NCBI GenBank assembly: GCA_964556395.1 | Contig: CAZKVR010000003.1 | Coordinates: forward strand, 30,715-94,714 | From: an uncultured Methanosarcinales archaeon | GTDB taxonomy: Archaea > Nanobdellota > Nanobdellia > Woesearchaeales > WJKR01 | Length of the DNA: 64,000 nucleotides | Reading direction: 5' to 3' | Shown: positions 48,501 to 57,672 of the stretch, one piece after another | Numbering within the stretch: position 1 is the first letter of the stretch | How the letters are laid out: each line of letters opens with the position of its first letter | Position numbers and translations under genes: made by a program | Notes under the pieces: model-generated | Databases searched by the model: none | Told to the model about the DNA's origin: nothing | The model's input: only the letters and a program-made list of their open reading frames with translations

Positions 48501-49854
48501 AGACCTTGAATCTCAAGTCACCTTCCTTGCCATAGGTTTCCCCCTCCTGATTAGGATCGGGAAAGGGGTTGCACGTACCAGTCATACGAGCGGAGACGAG
48601 GGTCTGGCTACTGCCTGCGGGATCAAGGGATAGCGGCACGAAGAAGCGTTTCGACGTTTGCTCGAGGAACCCCTTGTTGGCTCTCTGAGGCTCAGGATCG
48701 ACTGCAGTCCAGAGGTCGGCGGGCCCTGTGCGTCGTTCCACAACCTTGACGTCGAGGTCTCGGTGCGTGGCGGTCTGTCCTGAGAGGTCTTGAAGTGTCA
48801 ATGGTATGGTGAACGTGCCTAGTTCGGACGGCGTCGCTTCGACGGATACGGTGCACGTCCACTCGTCATCGGAATCATCCTTCTGGGTGCAGCTACCTTC
48901 CACTTCCTCTCCGCCGAGGCTCTGCGCGTCTGCGGTCATCTTGAGTGTCGGGCTCGTGCTTTCCGTGACGTTGACCTCGATGGTAGCGGTGTCGCCCATG
49001 GCGACGACCGGGTGTTCAGACTCTTCTGAAGGCTGTGGCGCGTCACTCGTGACCACTGGGTCGCCTGAGAATTCCGGCTCCCGGGCGTCGCACACCACTT
49101 CCGACTCCGTGATGCCTGTCAGCGGGTTGCCGGCGTCGTCCTGGCTCGGTCTCGAACCGGTGTAAGTGGTGAGGGTTAGCGACACCTTGCGGCCATCCTG
49201 GCATGACGCGGTCGAGACCCCGTGGCACGTGGTGTCTTCGCAGGTGGAGACGAGCGACCGCGTCCCGTCAAGGGCGAAGGCTATCCGTAGCCGGTGGAAG
49301 GTGGCTTTCGGGTCTTCCATCTTTATCGTGACAGGGGTGTAGCCGCTCTGGGCGTAGCACGTCCCTTCGTGGCACGTGTCGGTTCCGAGGAAGGTTACTT
49401 CCGGTCGGGTGTCGTCGATGGTGAAGGCGAATGTTTGCGTGTGCGTCTCGCTGTGGTCGCCGAAGAGATGGGCGGTGATGTTAATGGAAGGGTTTTCTTT
49501 GCTTGGTTGTATGACGAGGCCTGTGAGGGGGCATGAGAGGTTGTGGCCGTCGTAGAGGCAGTCTCGTTTTTTTATGGTGGCAGTGGTTTCTCCTCGTGGG
49601 TTGAGCTGTTCGTGGTCTATCGTGAGTGATTCGACCTCGCTCGCGTCCGATAGCTTGACGAACAGCGTGACGGGGGTGGGGTGTCGTGGGTTGATGGTGT
49701 CCACGTCGTGGCCGTTCCATCGTAGGGCTGCCTCTTCGAGAGCCGTGGCGGCTGTGAGCGCTGGGAGCGAGAGGGCTAGGAACAGTAGGAGTAGGGTCTT
49801 CTTGGTTGCCGCTCTCAAAAAACACGCCACCTCTTCTCGATGATGAGGAGGCAC
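45565..49854 (-). CDS. Giant secreted surface protein (1429 aa) with signal peptide and central coiled-coil/low-GC segment
   Basis: Signal peptide TLLLLFLALSLPALTAATA. Cys-containing modules. Lys/Glu-rich coiled-coil stretch (about aa 880-1150). Confidence 0.55.
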   Translation of the reverse strand: MPPHHREEVACFLRAATKKTLLLLFLALSLPALTAATALEEAALRWNGHDVDTINPRHPTPVTLFVKLSDASEVESLTIDHEQLNPRGETTATIKKRDCLYDGHNLSCPLTGLVIQPSKENPSINITAHLFGDHSETHTQTFAFTIDDTRPEVTFLGTDTCHEGTCYAQSGYTPVTIKMEDPKATFHRLRIAFALDGTRSLVSTCEDTTCHGVSTASCQDGRKVSLTLTTYTGSRPSQDDAGNPLTGITESEVVCDAREPEFSGDPVVTSDAPQPSEESEHPVVAMGDTATIEVNVTESTSPTLKMTADAQSLGGEEVEGSCTQKDDSDDEWTCTVSVEATPSELGTFTIPLTLQDLSGQTATHRDLDVKVVERRTGPADLWTAVDPEPQRANKGFLEQTSKRFFVPLSLDPAGSSQTLVSARMTGTCNPFPDPNQEGETYGKEGDLRFKVSSVTSGTVLLRGVLNTGSHYAERNHLRYNCSLNLQTLKGDYLSTTEEETFTMSFELDESDTMGAKIRDEVLYEMNSTVKSLSWVQTARQTLAGLNLVCAAAPAIKGAGGGLNGAAAGSEGTFISNLLQSIGINLQKVSESGAFKSVNKACKITTCDMSWTGDVLGFDMGEDLGKFGDVAKDVGVDPNRAWDPYSGFAASAMTACVPAMVYHVERYASVDCNYITCLSRDVRNGRATIDMCQQQRGYESCLFMTGGWLSALPVSFIKDYTSTLLEAASNPVALFGGSAIIAFCEIGAGSDYTLPKKICSAAVGLKGFYNGVQELSRLHDQLRKLSNSGQLGQEVCGPVRESVDRESGYWDYSVQDEGFEPLYRTFDSHGDVITDTERINNCKDCTHCNPFTGCSFKEGNVETKIMFSPDGDSSVIYDGSGNFMGTRDDYSTILRESRTELLSSADDWSNLKEDLEDTPYDEDVRQSYDRVMEDSLFTDDFIQGYQRYANNFQNLDEPWANDNPLEGSWDTNDHLRPYGPLKGELEQGLNQLDQAMDKTQEEINHYETMIDLQTPPDPENPEDEVSTANYESQIDSLKSLKKELDKSKDEMSSHLKNLDNFKEKSQDLNEINSEFKHKETVGNILYTSEETTKKYAEGLSDMLEEQGYDIDSGFVEDYVTDLAEYENEIASLKPEADRLERLHEQAEEYKDLKAKDELTDQEQKRLDDIEEKFKDEDFEPDDSEDIGNKLEKVEEDLKEAKKGRRKIKGSLKAEMFVDKNIRGLSRIGTYFSTLNMVNSFSNTFMGDDGWIDNPWSNEKLEDAKDEVESWLTGENICKEKLGGAEGVKANIEEQSGETSTAAFAAGLIKEEGLRDGTEQYSYTLNALVSNSHDNDKNLTFSLRLSSTEGRGSVDVPLEVDEEGRSLTRIDVPPGDSWERILGSMIDYPSSGEATSDRYDQVCLHFHVGDIKDFFDITTSSKKFCRRLEVG

Positions 49855-49890
49855 TCGCGACGGGCCTTTAAATAATTTTCTATAGTTGGT

Positions 49891-52062
49891 TCAGCGGACG
49901 TCCCCTTCTACGCGGCGGTGGACTTCCAACGGCTTGCCGTTGGCGGTGAGCGGCTTGTCGTCGAGCCAGGCTTGGCCGTCCTTGGTCTTGAGCTTGACGG
50001 CGGAGAACTCTTTTATGTCCACTTTGGATTTGGGGTCTGGTTCGAGTCCTTCGGCGGTGACCTGGTCTCCGGGGTTGGCGTCCGGGGCGAGCAGTAGTCC
50101 TACTTTCTTGCCGTCTTCCCCTGCGAGGAGCATGCCTTGGCTTTCGACGCCGCGGAGCTTGGCGGGCTTGAGGTTGGCGACGATGACGATGCTTTTCCCT
50201 TCGAGTTCTTCGGGTTCGTAGTGGCCTTTGAGGCCTGAGACGATCTGTCGCTTCCCTAGGGGTCCGAGGTCTAGGTGTTCGATGTAGAGCTTGTCAGCGT
50301 CAGGGTGTTGCTCGACCTTGGTTATCTCTGCGACTCTCAAGTCCAGTTTCTGGAAGGTTTTTTCTTCTTCGGAGGGTTCGTCTTGCTGCTCGCCGCTGAA
50401 GCGCGCTCTCAATGACTCTAGCTGGTCGTCGTCCATCTTGGTGAAGAGGTGTTCCGGTTCCCCTATCATGGTGCCGCCGAGGTCTAGCTGTCCGAGGGAG
50501 TCCCACTTCTGTTCCTTGATGCCGAGCTGTTTGAACACGCTGGCCGAGGTGGCGGGGAGGTATGGTTCTAATAGTACTGCGAGGTCTCGGCAGGCGTGCG
50601 CCAAGTAATAAAGGGCGGTCTTCGCCTTTGCCGGGTCTTCCTTGATGGCCTTCCAGGGCTGGGCTTGTTGGAAGTAGGCGTTGGCATCCCTCGCCACATC
50701 CATGGCCGCCTTGAGGGCGTCTCGGAGTCGTATCTGCTCGAGGAGTTCTGTGGCTTGCGATTCTTTGTCTTTGACTCCTTGCCAGAACATCCCATCTTTC
50801 TCGTCAGGGTTGACGTCTTTCGGTATGGCGCCGTCGTTGTACCGCTTGATGAAGACGAGGGTACGGTTGACGAGGTTGCCGAGGGTGGCGACGAGCTCGT
50901 TGTTCAGACGGGCCTGGAAGTCGGGCCAGGAGAAGGTGGTGTCGCTCGTCTCGGGACGGTTGGCGAGGAGGTAGTAGCGCCAGACGTCTGACGGGACGCC
51001 GGTCTCTTTGGCGTCGTCTCCGAAGACTCCTTGCTGTCGGGATTTCGAGAACTTGCCGTCCTCGTAGTTGAGGTAGTCCGTGCTGGAGATGGTGTCGAGC
51101 ATGGTCCACGGCTCCTTGGTGCCCATGAGGCTGGCCGGGAAGAGGATGGTGTGGAATGGGATGTTGTCCTTGCCCATGAACTGTACGAGCCTCGTGTTGT
51201 CGGGGTCGTGCCACCACTCATTGTAGTCTTCTCCGAGGAGTTGTTCGGTGATGCTGACGTATCCTATGGGAGCGTCGAACCAGACGTAGAAGACGCGGTC
51301 CTCCCACCCCTCGAGGGGTACGGGGACGCCCCACTCAAGGTTGCGCGTGATACACCTTTTCTGCAGGCCTTCCTTCAACCAGCCCCGGGTGATGTTGAGG
51401 GCGTTCTGGGACCAGCCGTTCTTCTCAGCCGTCTCGCGTATCCAGGCTTCGAGCTCTGGCTGGAGCTTTTCCAGGTCTAGGAAGAGGTGTTTCACCTTCT
51501 TGATGACGGGCTTGGTGCCAGTGACCTTGCTGATCGGGTCTACGAGCTCTTTCGGGTCTAGCATGCGGCCGCAGTTGTCGCACTGGTCTCCACGGGCGCC
51601 GTCGTAGCCGCAGCTCGGACAGGTGCCTTCGACGTAGCGGTCGGCGAGGAATCGTTGGGCTTGCTCGTCGTAGGTCTGCTCGAGCTCGTCCTCGACGATG
51701 TATCCGTTGTCGTACAGCTTCTTGAAGACTGCCTGGGTCTGTTTGACTTGGGTTTCGTGGGCGGTTCGTCCGAAGATGTCGAACCCGATGCCGAACCAGT
51801 CGTAGATGTCCTTGTGGATGTCATAGTACTTGTCGCAGAGTTCTTGAGGCGTGAGACCCTCCTGCTTGGCCTTGATCTCCGTCGTGGTGCCGTGCTCGTC
51901 GGATCCGCAGATGTAGAGGACGTTGTCGTCGCCGTAGCGGGACTTGGCGTAGCGGGCGTAGACGTCGGCTGACAGGACGGCGCCGATGAGGTTCCCCAGG
52001 TGGGGGACGTTGTTGACGTACGGCAAGGCCGAGGTTATGAGGAGCTTCCTGATAGTGACCAC
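49891..52062 (-). CDS. metG: Methionyl-tRNA synthetase with C-terminal tRNA-binding (Trbp111/EMAP-like) domain
   Basis: PYVNNVPHLGNLIG and KFSKS motifs. Zn knuckle CPSCG..CDNCG. C-terminal LDLRVAEITKVEQHPDADKLY. TATA CCTTTAAATAAG at 52086-52095. Confidence 0.95.
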   Translation of the reverse strand: MVTIRKLLITSALPYVNNVPHLGNLIGAVLSADVYARYAKSRYGDDNVLYICGSDEHGTTTEIKAKQEGLTPQELCDKYYDIHKDIYDWFGIGFDIFGRTAHETQVKQTQAVFKKLYDNGYIVEDELEQTYDEQAQRFLADRYVEGTCPSCGYDGARGDQCDNCGRMLDPKELVDPISKVTGTKPVIKKVKHLFLDLEKLQPELEAWIRETAEKNGWSQNALNITRGWLKEGLQKRCITRNLEWGVPVPLEGWEDRVFYVWFDAPIGYVSITEQLLGEDYNEWWHDPDNTRLVQFMGKDNIPFHTILFPASLMGTKEPWTMLDTISSTDYLNYEDGKFSKSRQQGVFGDDAKETGVPSDVWRYYLLANRPETSDTTFSWPDFQARLNNELVATLGNLVNRTLVFIKRYNDGAIPKDVNPDEKDGMFWQGVKDKESQATELLEQIRLRDALKAAMDVARDANAYFQQAQPWKAIKEDPAKAKTALYYLAHACRDLAVLLEPYLPATSASVFKQLGIKEQKWDSLGQLDLGGTMIGEPEHLFTKMDDDQLESLRARFSGEQQDEPSEEEKTFQKLDLRVAEITKVEQHPDADKLYIEHLDLGPLGKRQIVSGLKGHYEPEELEGKSIVIVANLKPAKLRGVESQGMLLAGEDGKKVGLLLAPDANPGDQVTAEGLEPDPKSKVDIKEFSAVKLKTKDGQAWLDDKPLTANGKPLEVHRRVEGDVR

Positions 52063-52116
52063 CAGGTCGTGTGGATGAGAACGTCTTATTTAAAGGTTTA
52101 GGGTGCGGTGGGAATC

Positions 52117-52512
52117 CTACGAATCCTCCGACGCGTCCCGAAGGTATGAGCGGAACTCTTCGAGGCGGCGGTTGTACTCGGCCGTAGAGCACTCGTCCGC
52201 AGAGTCGCGCAACGCTTCGCTCTCCCTGATGATCCGCTCGAGAGCCCCGTACCGCCGCTCGAACCGGAGGTCACGGCGCTCAGCCCATTCGACCATAGAG
52301 TTCTCTTCCAACTCTTCCCTGACGGACTCCTCCTCACCTTCAGGGACCTGGACGACGTACACCAACGAGGAGTAGAAGTCGTGGGCTTCACCGTCACGCC
52401 GGCCCAAATCATAACTAAGTTGTCTGAACACGTAGGCAGCCGCCTCCTCAACCGGTTCTCCTTTCAGCTTGACGAGAAGTTCTCCATCCGTGTACCGAGG
52501 TTCATAAGACAT
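52117..52512 (-). CDS. Hypothetical acidic protein (about 131 aa from MSYEPRY)
   Basis: Palindromic TATA GTTTTATAAC at 52557-52566 upstream. Confidence 0.3.
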   Translation of the reverse strand: MSYEPRYTDGELLVKLKGEPVEEAAAYVFRQLSYDLGRRDGEAHDFYSSLVYVVQVPEGEEESVREELEENSMVEWAERRDLRFERRYGALERIIRESEALRDSADECSTAEYNRRLEEFRSYLRDASEDS

Positions 52513-52517
52513 CGTTG

Positions 52518-55500
52518 CTAGGTCCACTTGGGCATCTGGACCGTACGCATCTGCCTGTTATAAAACTTTTGCGTCGGCTGCTTCTTCGGCTCGGGGTCCG
52601 ATGGGTCCATCCCTTTGAGGGAGTGGACGTCGACCCCGAACGCGTCTACGATATGATTCTCCAAACCCCCTTTTGCGTGCACCTCTTGGTTCCGGACCTT
52701 ATAGCCGTCGAGGAACCGGTCGGTCACGGCTTCTACGAACATGGAGCCGTCGCTGGGGAAATCCAGGATGACGCCCGTGGGTCCGAGCCCGTCGTGGAAT
52801 TGGCGGTCGAACTCGTAGCCTGACATGCCGGCTTGCCCTCCGGCTACGATGTTGAGGGTGTTGTCCTTCTGGGAGACGTCGAAGAGGTGGTAGTGCCCTT
52901 GTGCGAGCCATGCGAACGGCTTGGCCAAACCCCCCATCTGCCGTTTGAAGGATTCCATGAGCGAGCTGGGACGGCTGCTGCTACCCTTGCCGGCTCCTCG
53001 TATGGAGAAGGTGTGCTTGAACAGCCCAGGCATGTTGTTGATGTCCAGACCCCCAGTGTAAGTGAAGGCGACGTCGCCGTTGGGTAACTCGATATAGTTG
53101 GGGAAGTCCATCGTCATATCCAGTCCTTTAGCGCGCTTGTAGCCTTCGAGCTGTCCTTGGAGGTATTCCATATACTTGGTGCCTTGGGCGAGCTTGTCGG
53201 TGTTCCACTCATGGTTGCCAGGCACCATCTTGAGGGCGAAGATTCTGGGGTCGACGAGCCACGGGAAGAAGGCGTCTGTGAAGCCTTTCTGCATGTTGAA
53301 CGTCGCGACCGCGCCGAGGGATGCGTTCTCGACGGGCATCATCGAATAGTTGCGGAACTGTCCGAAGTCTCCGATGCCGCAGATGACGTACCGTGTGCCT
53401 TCGGGAACGTCACGGCTGTTGAGCCAGTAATCCATGGCTTTCAATCCTGACTCGGGCCTTTCGGTTATTGATCCGAACTGGGTGTCGTTGAGGAAGAACA
53501 CGCTGTAGTAGTTGTACCCATCCCCGGATTTCTGGACGCGCTCCATATTTTCGATGACTTTCGGGAAGACGGGCTTGTAGAGGAATCGTCCTTCCTTTAG
53601 CGAGCCTGCGAGTATGTCGGAGCCTGGCTTGTTATGGTTGTGCCAACTGCCGACAGTGTTGCGCTTGTGAGACGGATCTGCGAGGACTTCTTTTGAAGTG
53701 GCTCTCATGCCCGGTTCGAACTCCCTCGCGTCGTCTACTAGGTGCGGCGTCCATTTGACGAGCTTGTTCTCGATGATGCGCAAACCTTGATGGGCTGAGT
53801 AGCCATCGAGCATGAGTTCTTCCTTGTTGACGTGGTCGAGAGAGCCGTTCTGGGACGCGCGAGCGAGGTCTTCGAGGGAGACGGTCGGGTTGAGGTATTG
53901 CGTGATGGATGAGAAGTTAGGGTTGGAGAATATCTTGGCGTCCGACTTTTCGAGGGAGTGCTTGTCGAAGAGGACTTTCAGTTGGTCTGTGTCTTCAAGG
54001 TATTGTTCATCGAAGAGCGCTCGCTGGGTTTCTGTGAGGGTGCGCCCGTTGCGGTGGTCGTTGAACGCGTCTACGAGGCTTATGATGCCTTCATAGTCGG
54101 TGTCTGAGAACCCTATCGGGTCGTGGCCTGATCGTAACATGTAAGGTATGAGTGCTTGTTCTATCGTCTCGTAGGCGGGGTCGAACTCGCTGCGGTCGTA
54201 GTAGAGCGTGTTGTACGCTCCGGAGTTGATGCTGGAGTGTCGTTGTCCGGTCTCGCGGTCTCGGGCGGCTACCGCGTCTGCGTAGACGCGCTTGAGGCTC
54301 TCAGCCATCTGGTTGAGCTTCTCACCCATGACGAGGGTGACTGGCTTGTCGATACGGTCGAGGAATTCGTTGTGTAGGTGTTGTAGCTGTTCGTCGAGGC
54401 TTTCCAGGCCTTTCTTGAGGAGTTTTCGACGGTCGGTCCCGAGCCTGAGATGTGGTGTCTCTATCGGGTCGAAGAGTACTACTTCGTCGACGTCTTGGGC
54501 GTTTGCGATCTCGATGTTCTGCTTGAATGCTTTCTCATCGGTGTAGATGTGGCCTATGTTTGAGTGTGAGAAAGTGGCTAGACGCCTGCCCGGCACGTCG
54601 GGTAGCTTGTGGATGTTGTTGAAGCTCTTCACGTCTTGTTTTTCAAGGTCGTATTTCTCCTGATCCGGGGCTTTGTCCGAGTGTTGGAGTAATGTTTTAG
54701 TTGATGAGAATTCGGTCTTTCTCATGCCGTCTTTGCGCTTCGCGCCGGAGTAGATGACGAACTCCGCGTTCTCTTTGAAGAAGCTCGGGTCGGCTATTCG
54801 TTTGAGGTGTGGTATGAAGGCTGCATCGAAGGGTTTGCTGCCTCGTTCCGGGGAGAGGCCGTAGATGTCGAGAAGTTTCCGTATCTGGCCTGCGCCTTCC
54901 TTGGTGGTGAGGTCTGCGTTGATGAAGTGGGCGTTGGTCTTGCCTTTCTTAACGTTGAAGAATTTTCTGGCGCGCTGATATAGCTTGTCGTTGGCCATGT
55001 AGTGTGTGTGCTTGCTCTCACGGATGTTCTTGAAGAATTGTATCGTGAAGTCCTGATAGTCTCGGGGGTCTGCGAGTTTCGTACTGACCGGCCCGAGCTT
55101 GTTCTTCATGTTGAGAGGTCCTATGGAGTGTCTGAGGAGTTCTTGCAGGGGCACGTCGTCAGTGCGGAACACTCTTCGGGCATGGTTGTACGTGTCTTTC
55201 ACGTGTGCGAGAGGGTCGTACTCGTTCTTCTTCTTGGCTCCGAAGTTAAGGAGGAAGTCTTCGTAGTTGTCGAGTAGTTGAGATAATTTCTCCCATGATT
55301 GGTTCTGGAGGAATTCTTTTGGGATGCTGTTTTGTGGTACTCCGAAGAGACTTGCTATGAAGCCTGCCCGATGATTGTTGGCGGCGGCGTTTATCATGTG
55401 GTAGTAGAGGTTTCCGAGGTTGTTGATGTTGGTGTCGACTGCGAGGAGGCTTGGTTGAAAGTATGATTCTTCGGCGATGTTGGCGTAGAGCGAGAGCAAC

Positions 55501-55712
55501 GCGTCCGAACCGCCTGCCTGCCCTAATATGAATGGCTTAGTAGGTAGTGGTTGTGATTGGTTGAAGTTGAGGAGTATGTCTTTTATTGTGGGTTCTATTA
55601 GGTCTGTGGATGTGAGTTTCACCTTGAAGAGTTCTGCAGGGTCTTGGTCTTCGGTGGTGTGTTCTCGGTAGATGTCGTCTAGTCTTGTTTCCACGAGTTT
55701 TTGCAGTGTCAT
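52518..55712 (-). CDS. Large (1064 aa) cytoplasmic protein with C-terminal calcineurin-like metallophosphoesterase domain
   Basis: Metallophosphoesterase motifs VICGIGDFG, VPGNHEW, AQGHYHLFD. No signal peptide. Strong SD GAGGGAGGG 5-10 nt upstream of ATG. The 5' region is about 190 nt long. Confidence 0.5.
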   Translation of the reverse strand: MTLQKLVETRLDDIYREHTTEDQDPAELFKVKLTSTDLIEPTIKDILLNFNQSQPLPTKPFILGQAGGSDALLSLYANIAEESYFQPSLLAVDTNINNLGNLYYHMINAAANNHRAGFIASLFGVPQNSIPKEFLQNQSWEKLSQLLDNYEDFLLNFGAKKKNEYDPLAHVKDTYNHARRVFRTDDVPLQELLRHSIGPLNMKNKLGPVSTKLADPRDYQDFTIQFFKNIRESKHTHYMANDKLYQRARKFFNVKKGKTNAHFINADLTTKEGAGQIRKLLDIYGLSPERGSKPFDAAFIPHLKRIADPSFFKENAEFVIYSGAKRKDGMRKTEFSSTKTLLQHSDKAPDQEKYDLEKQDVKSFNNIHKLPDVPGRRLATFSHSNIGHIYTDEKAFKQNIEIANAQDVDEVVLFDPIETPHLRLGTDRRKLLKKGLESLDEQLQHLHNEFLDRIDKPVTLVMGEKLNQMAESLKRVYADAVAARDRETGQRHSSINSGAYNTLYYDRSEFDPAYETIEQALIPYMLRSGHDPIGFSDTDYEGIISLVDAFNDHRNGRTLTETQRALFDEQYLEDTDQLKVLFDKHSLEKSDAKIFSNPNFSSITQYLNPTVSLEDLARASQNGSLDHVNKEELMLDGYSAHQGLRIIENKLVKWTPHLVDDAREFEPGMRATSKEVLADPSHKRNTVGSWHNHNKPGSDILAGSLKEGRFLYKPVFPKVIENMERVQKSGDGYNYYSVFFLNDTQFGSITERPESGLKAMDYWLNSRDVPEGTRYVICGIGDFGQFRNYSMMPVENASLGAVATFNMQKGFTDAFFPWLVDPRIFALKMVPGNHEWNTDKLAQGTKYMEYLQGQLEGYKRAKGLDMTMDFPNYIELPNGDVAFTYTGGLDINNMPGLFKHTFSIRGAGKGSSSRPSSLMESFKRQMGGLAKPFAWLAQGHYHLFDVSQKDNTLNIVAGGQAGMSGYEFDRQFHDGLGPTGVILDFPSDGSMFVEAVTDRFLDGYKVRNQEVHAKGGLENHIVDAFGVDVHSLKGMDPSDPEPKKQPTQKFYNRQMRTVQMPKWT

Positions 55713-55967
55713 AGCTTTTACCCTCCCTCAGTATGTCGTATCTGGTTTCCTCGTGTTGATTACAACCGGTGGTTGTGATAACTTTTTGCTGTGTAGAGAG
55801 AGTAGTGGCAGCTATCAGGAAGTATTGCTCTCTCGCAGTGTAGAGCATAGGATGTGGTGGTGTCCTTTTTGTATTTGGTAGTTGTTTTTTTGGTGTTAAT
55901 AACACCTTTATTTATAAATACCAGTTATTTATATTATATAGCATAATGTAAATTTCGCAAATTCTCG

Positions 55968-55982
55968 AGAACAAAACTTATA
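55968..55982 (+). promoter_or_regulatory. TATA box (AAAACTTATATAGCAC) for the AT-rich PhoU-like paralogue
   Basis: 25-35 nt upstream of ATG 56007. Confidence 0.4.
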
Positions 55983-56006
55983 TAGCACAAATGAACGCCC
56001 GCCACA

Positions 56007-56870
56007 ATGGAAATACGAAAACTCCAAATAGTAGGCAACCGCAGCTACTCCATATCTCTCCCCAAAGGATGGGTACTACAAAACAACCTGAAACCCAAAG
56101 ACAACATCTACATCTCAGAAGAAGCCAACAACACCCTATGCATCACCGCAAGCGAAGGCACACAAGAAAACCACAACTACACTTTCAAACTAGACAACAT
56201 CAGCCACGTCAAGGAATTCGTAAGATTCTGTTATGAGAAGAACATCAAGAACATCAGGTTCTTCTGGGACACCCACCAACCCAAGAAGATCAACGCAGTG
56301 AAAGACATCCTAAGATACCTCGACGGATACGACCTCGTCCAAGAAGGCGAAGGGTTCCTCGAGATAGCATTCCTGTTCAACGAGTTCAACATCACTCTGA
56401 ACAAACTCCTCAACAGAACCATATACCTCCTCACAACACAGTTCGAATCCATCATGAACGGGAGCGAAGAAGACATCCGAGAGAACGAAATATCCATCGA
56501 CAAAATCTACCTCCTCGCCAAACGCATAATCTTCGCCAGCATCCGCAACCAAAAGCTTCGGACGGAGAACAAAATCACCTACGACGAGGAGATATTCAGC
56601 TACAAAAACATCTTCAAGAAACTAGAGAACATCGCAGACGTCCTGTACGAGATGCGCGACAAGAAATTCAATGAGAAAGACATGGCAAAACTCAAGCAAG
56701 TCGTCGAACACCTCAAAACCACCATCGTGAAGAGAAAGATACCAGAGAGCGAAAGCATCTTCTCAAAAGACCCCCTAACAGACTTCTTTTTCCACCGCAT
56801 CAACAGCCTGAAGGAAGACATCGAACAAGAAATCCGCACGATGGACTTCATCCACACATACTTCACTTGA
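56007..56870 (+). CDS. AbrB/SpoVT-like N-terminal domain + PhoU-like domain protein, low-GC paralogue of 20003..20995
   Basis: MEIRKLQIVGNRSYSISLPKGW aligns to MAEYRKIIRFGKNSLIVSLPKSW. Codon usage is AT-rich (AAA, AAC, ATA), unlike the rest of the window. Confidence 0.55.
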   Translation: MEIRKLQIVGNRSYSISLPKGWVLQNNLKPKDNIYISEEANNTLCITASEGTQENHNYTFKLDNISHVKEFVRFCYEKNIKNIRFFWDTHQPKKINAVKDILRYLDGYDLVQEGEGFLEIAFLFNEFNITLNKLLNRTIYLLTTQFESIMNGSEEDIRENEISIDKIYLLAKRIIFASIRNQKLRTENKITYDEEIFSYKNIFKKLENIADVLYEMRDKKFNEKDMAKLKQVVEHLKTTIVKRKIPESESIFSKDPLTDFFFHRINSLKEDIEQEIRTMDFIHTYFT

Positions 56871-57228
56871 GCCTCTTACCAAAGTCGAGCGGGTCGTCCT
56901 GGTTGAAGTAGAGGCGGTGCTTCATCGCGGTGTAGGCTTTCTGGAGTTCTTTCCCGAGGTAGGCGGCGTGCTCCATCCGCGTCACGAGCCCCATGCTTAT
57001 TATCTTGTAGTAGACCTGGCGCGGGTTGTCGCCGTCGACGAGGTATTTTTTCTCGTGGTCGGGGCTGTAGGCGCGGACCTTGAGCTTGCCCTCGTCAGGG
57101 TAGGGCATGATGGTGAAGTAGGATTTCGGGTCTTGCGTCCACGTCACGTCATCCTCCGAGGCGTGGACTGGCTCGAACTCCTCGTTCTTCCGCCGCTGGC
57201 CCTCGTCGTGCTCGGGGTTGGGGTGCAT
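56863..57228 (-). CDS. Hypothetical protein (121 aa)
   Basis: Protein-like composition, versus the L/V/R/G-rich antisense ORF 56917..57795. TATA ATATTTATAAAC 21-30 nt upstream. Confidence 0.4.
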   Translation of the reverse strand: MHPNPEHDEGQRRKNEEFEPVHASEDDVTWTQDPKSYFTIMPYPDEGKLKVRAYSPDHEKKYLVDGDNPRQVYYKIISMGLVTRMEHAAYLGKELQKAYTAMKHRLYFNQDDPLDFGKRLK

Positions 57229-57267
57229 GTAAGGAGGGAAAGAAATATGGTTTATAAATATTGGGCT

Positions 57268-57666
57268 CTACTTCTTCTTGGGCTCTTTCATCTTCTTGGT
57301 GACGGGGATCTTCTCGCCGCACGCTTCGCACTGGATGACGAAGGCTTTGACGCCTTTGAACGTCTTGCGCTTGTACGGCGTCGTGGCTTCTCCTTGGTGC
57401 TCGCAGGCCGGGCAGGTGTACTGGACGTTGAGCTCGACGGTCTTCTCGTGCTCTTGCTTGTCTTCCGTGTGGCCGCACGCGGGGCAGACGTACTCCTTAG
57501 CCCTGATCTTGACCTTGCCTTTCTCGACGGGCTTGCCCATGAGGGCTTTCCCGCATTCGGGGCAGTCTTTCTTGAACGCCCAGGCCATGACGCGGCCTTT
57601 GGGTTCCAGTGTCCTTCTCGTGAAGTAGAGGAGATCGTCCATGCTTTCGGGTTGCTTGAGCGCCAT
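57268..57666 (-). CDS. Multi-zinc-ribbon protein (four CxxC pairs)
   Basis: CPECG, CPACG, CPACE, CEACG. Basic C-terminus. Confidence 0.5.
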   Translation of the reverse strand: MALKQPESMDDLLYFTRRTLEPKGRVMAWAFKKDCPECGKALMGKPVEKGKVKIRAKEYVCPACGHTEDKQEHEKTVELNVQYTCPACEHQGEATTPYKRKTFKGVKAFVIQCEACGEKIPVTKKMKEPKKK

Positions 57667-57672
57667 TATCGT

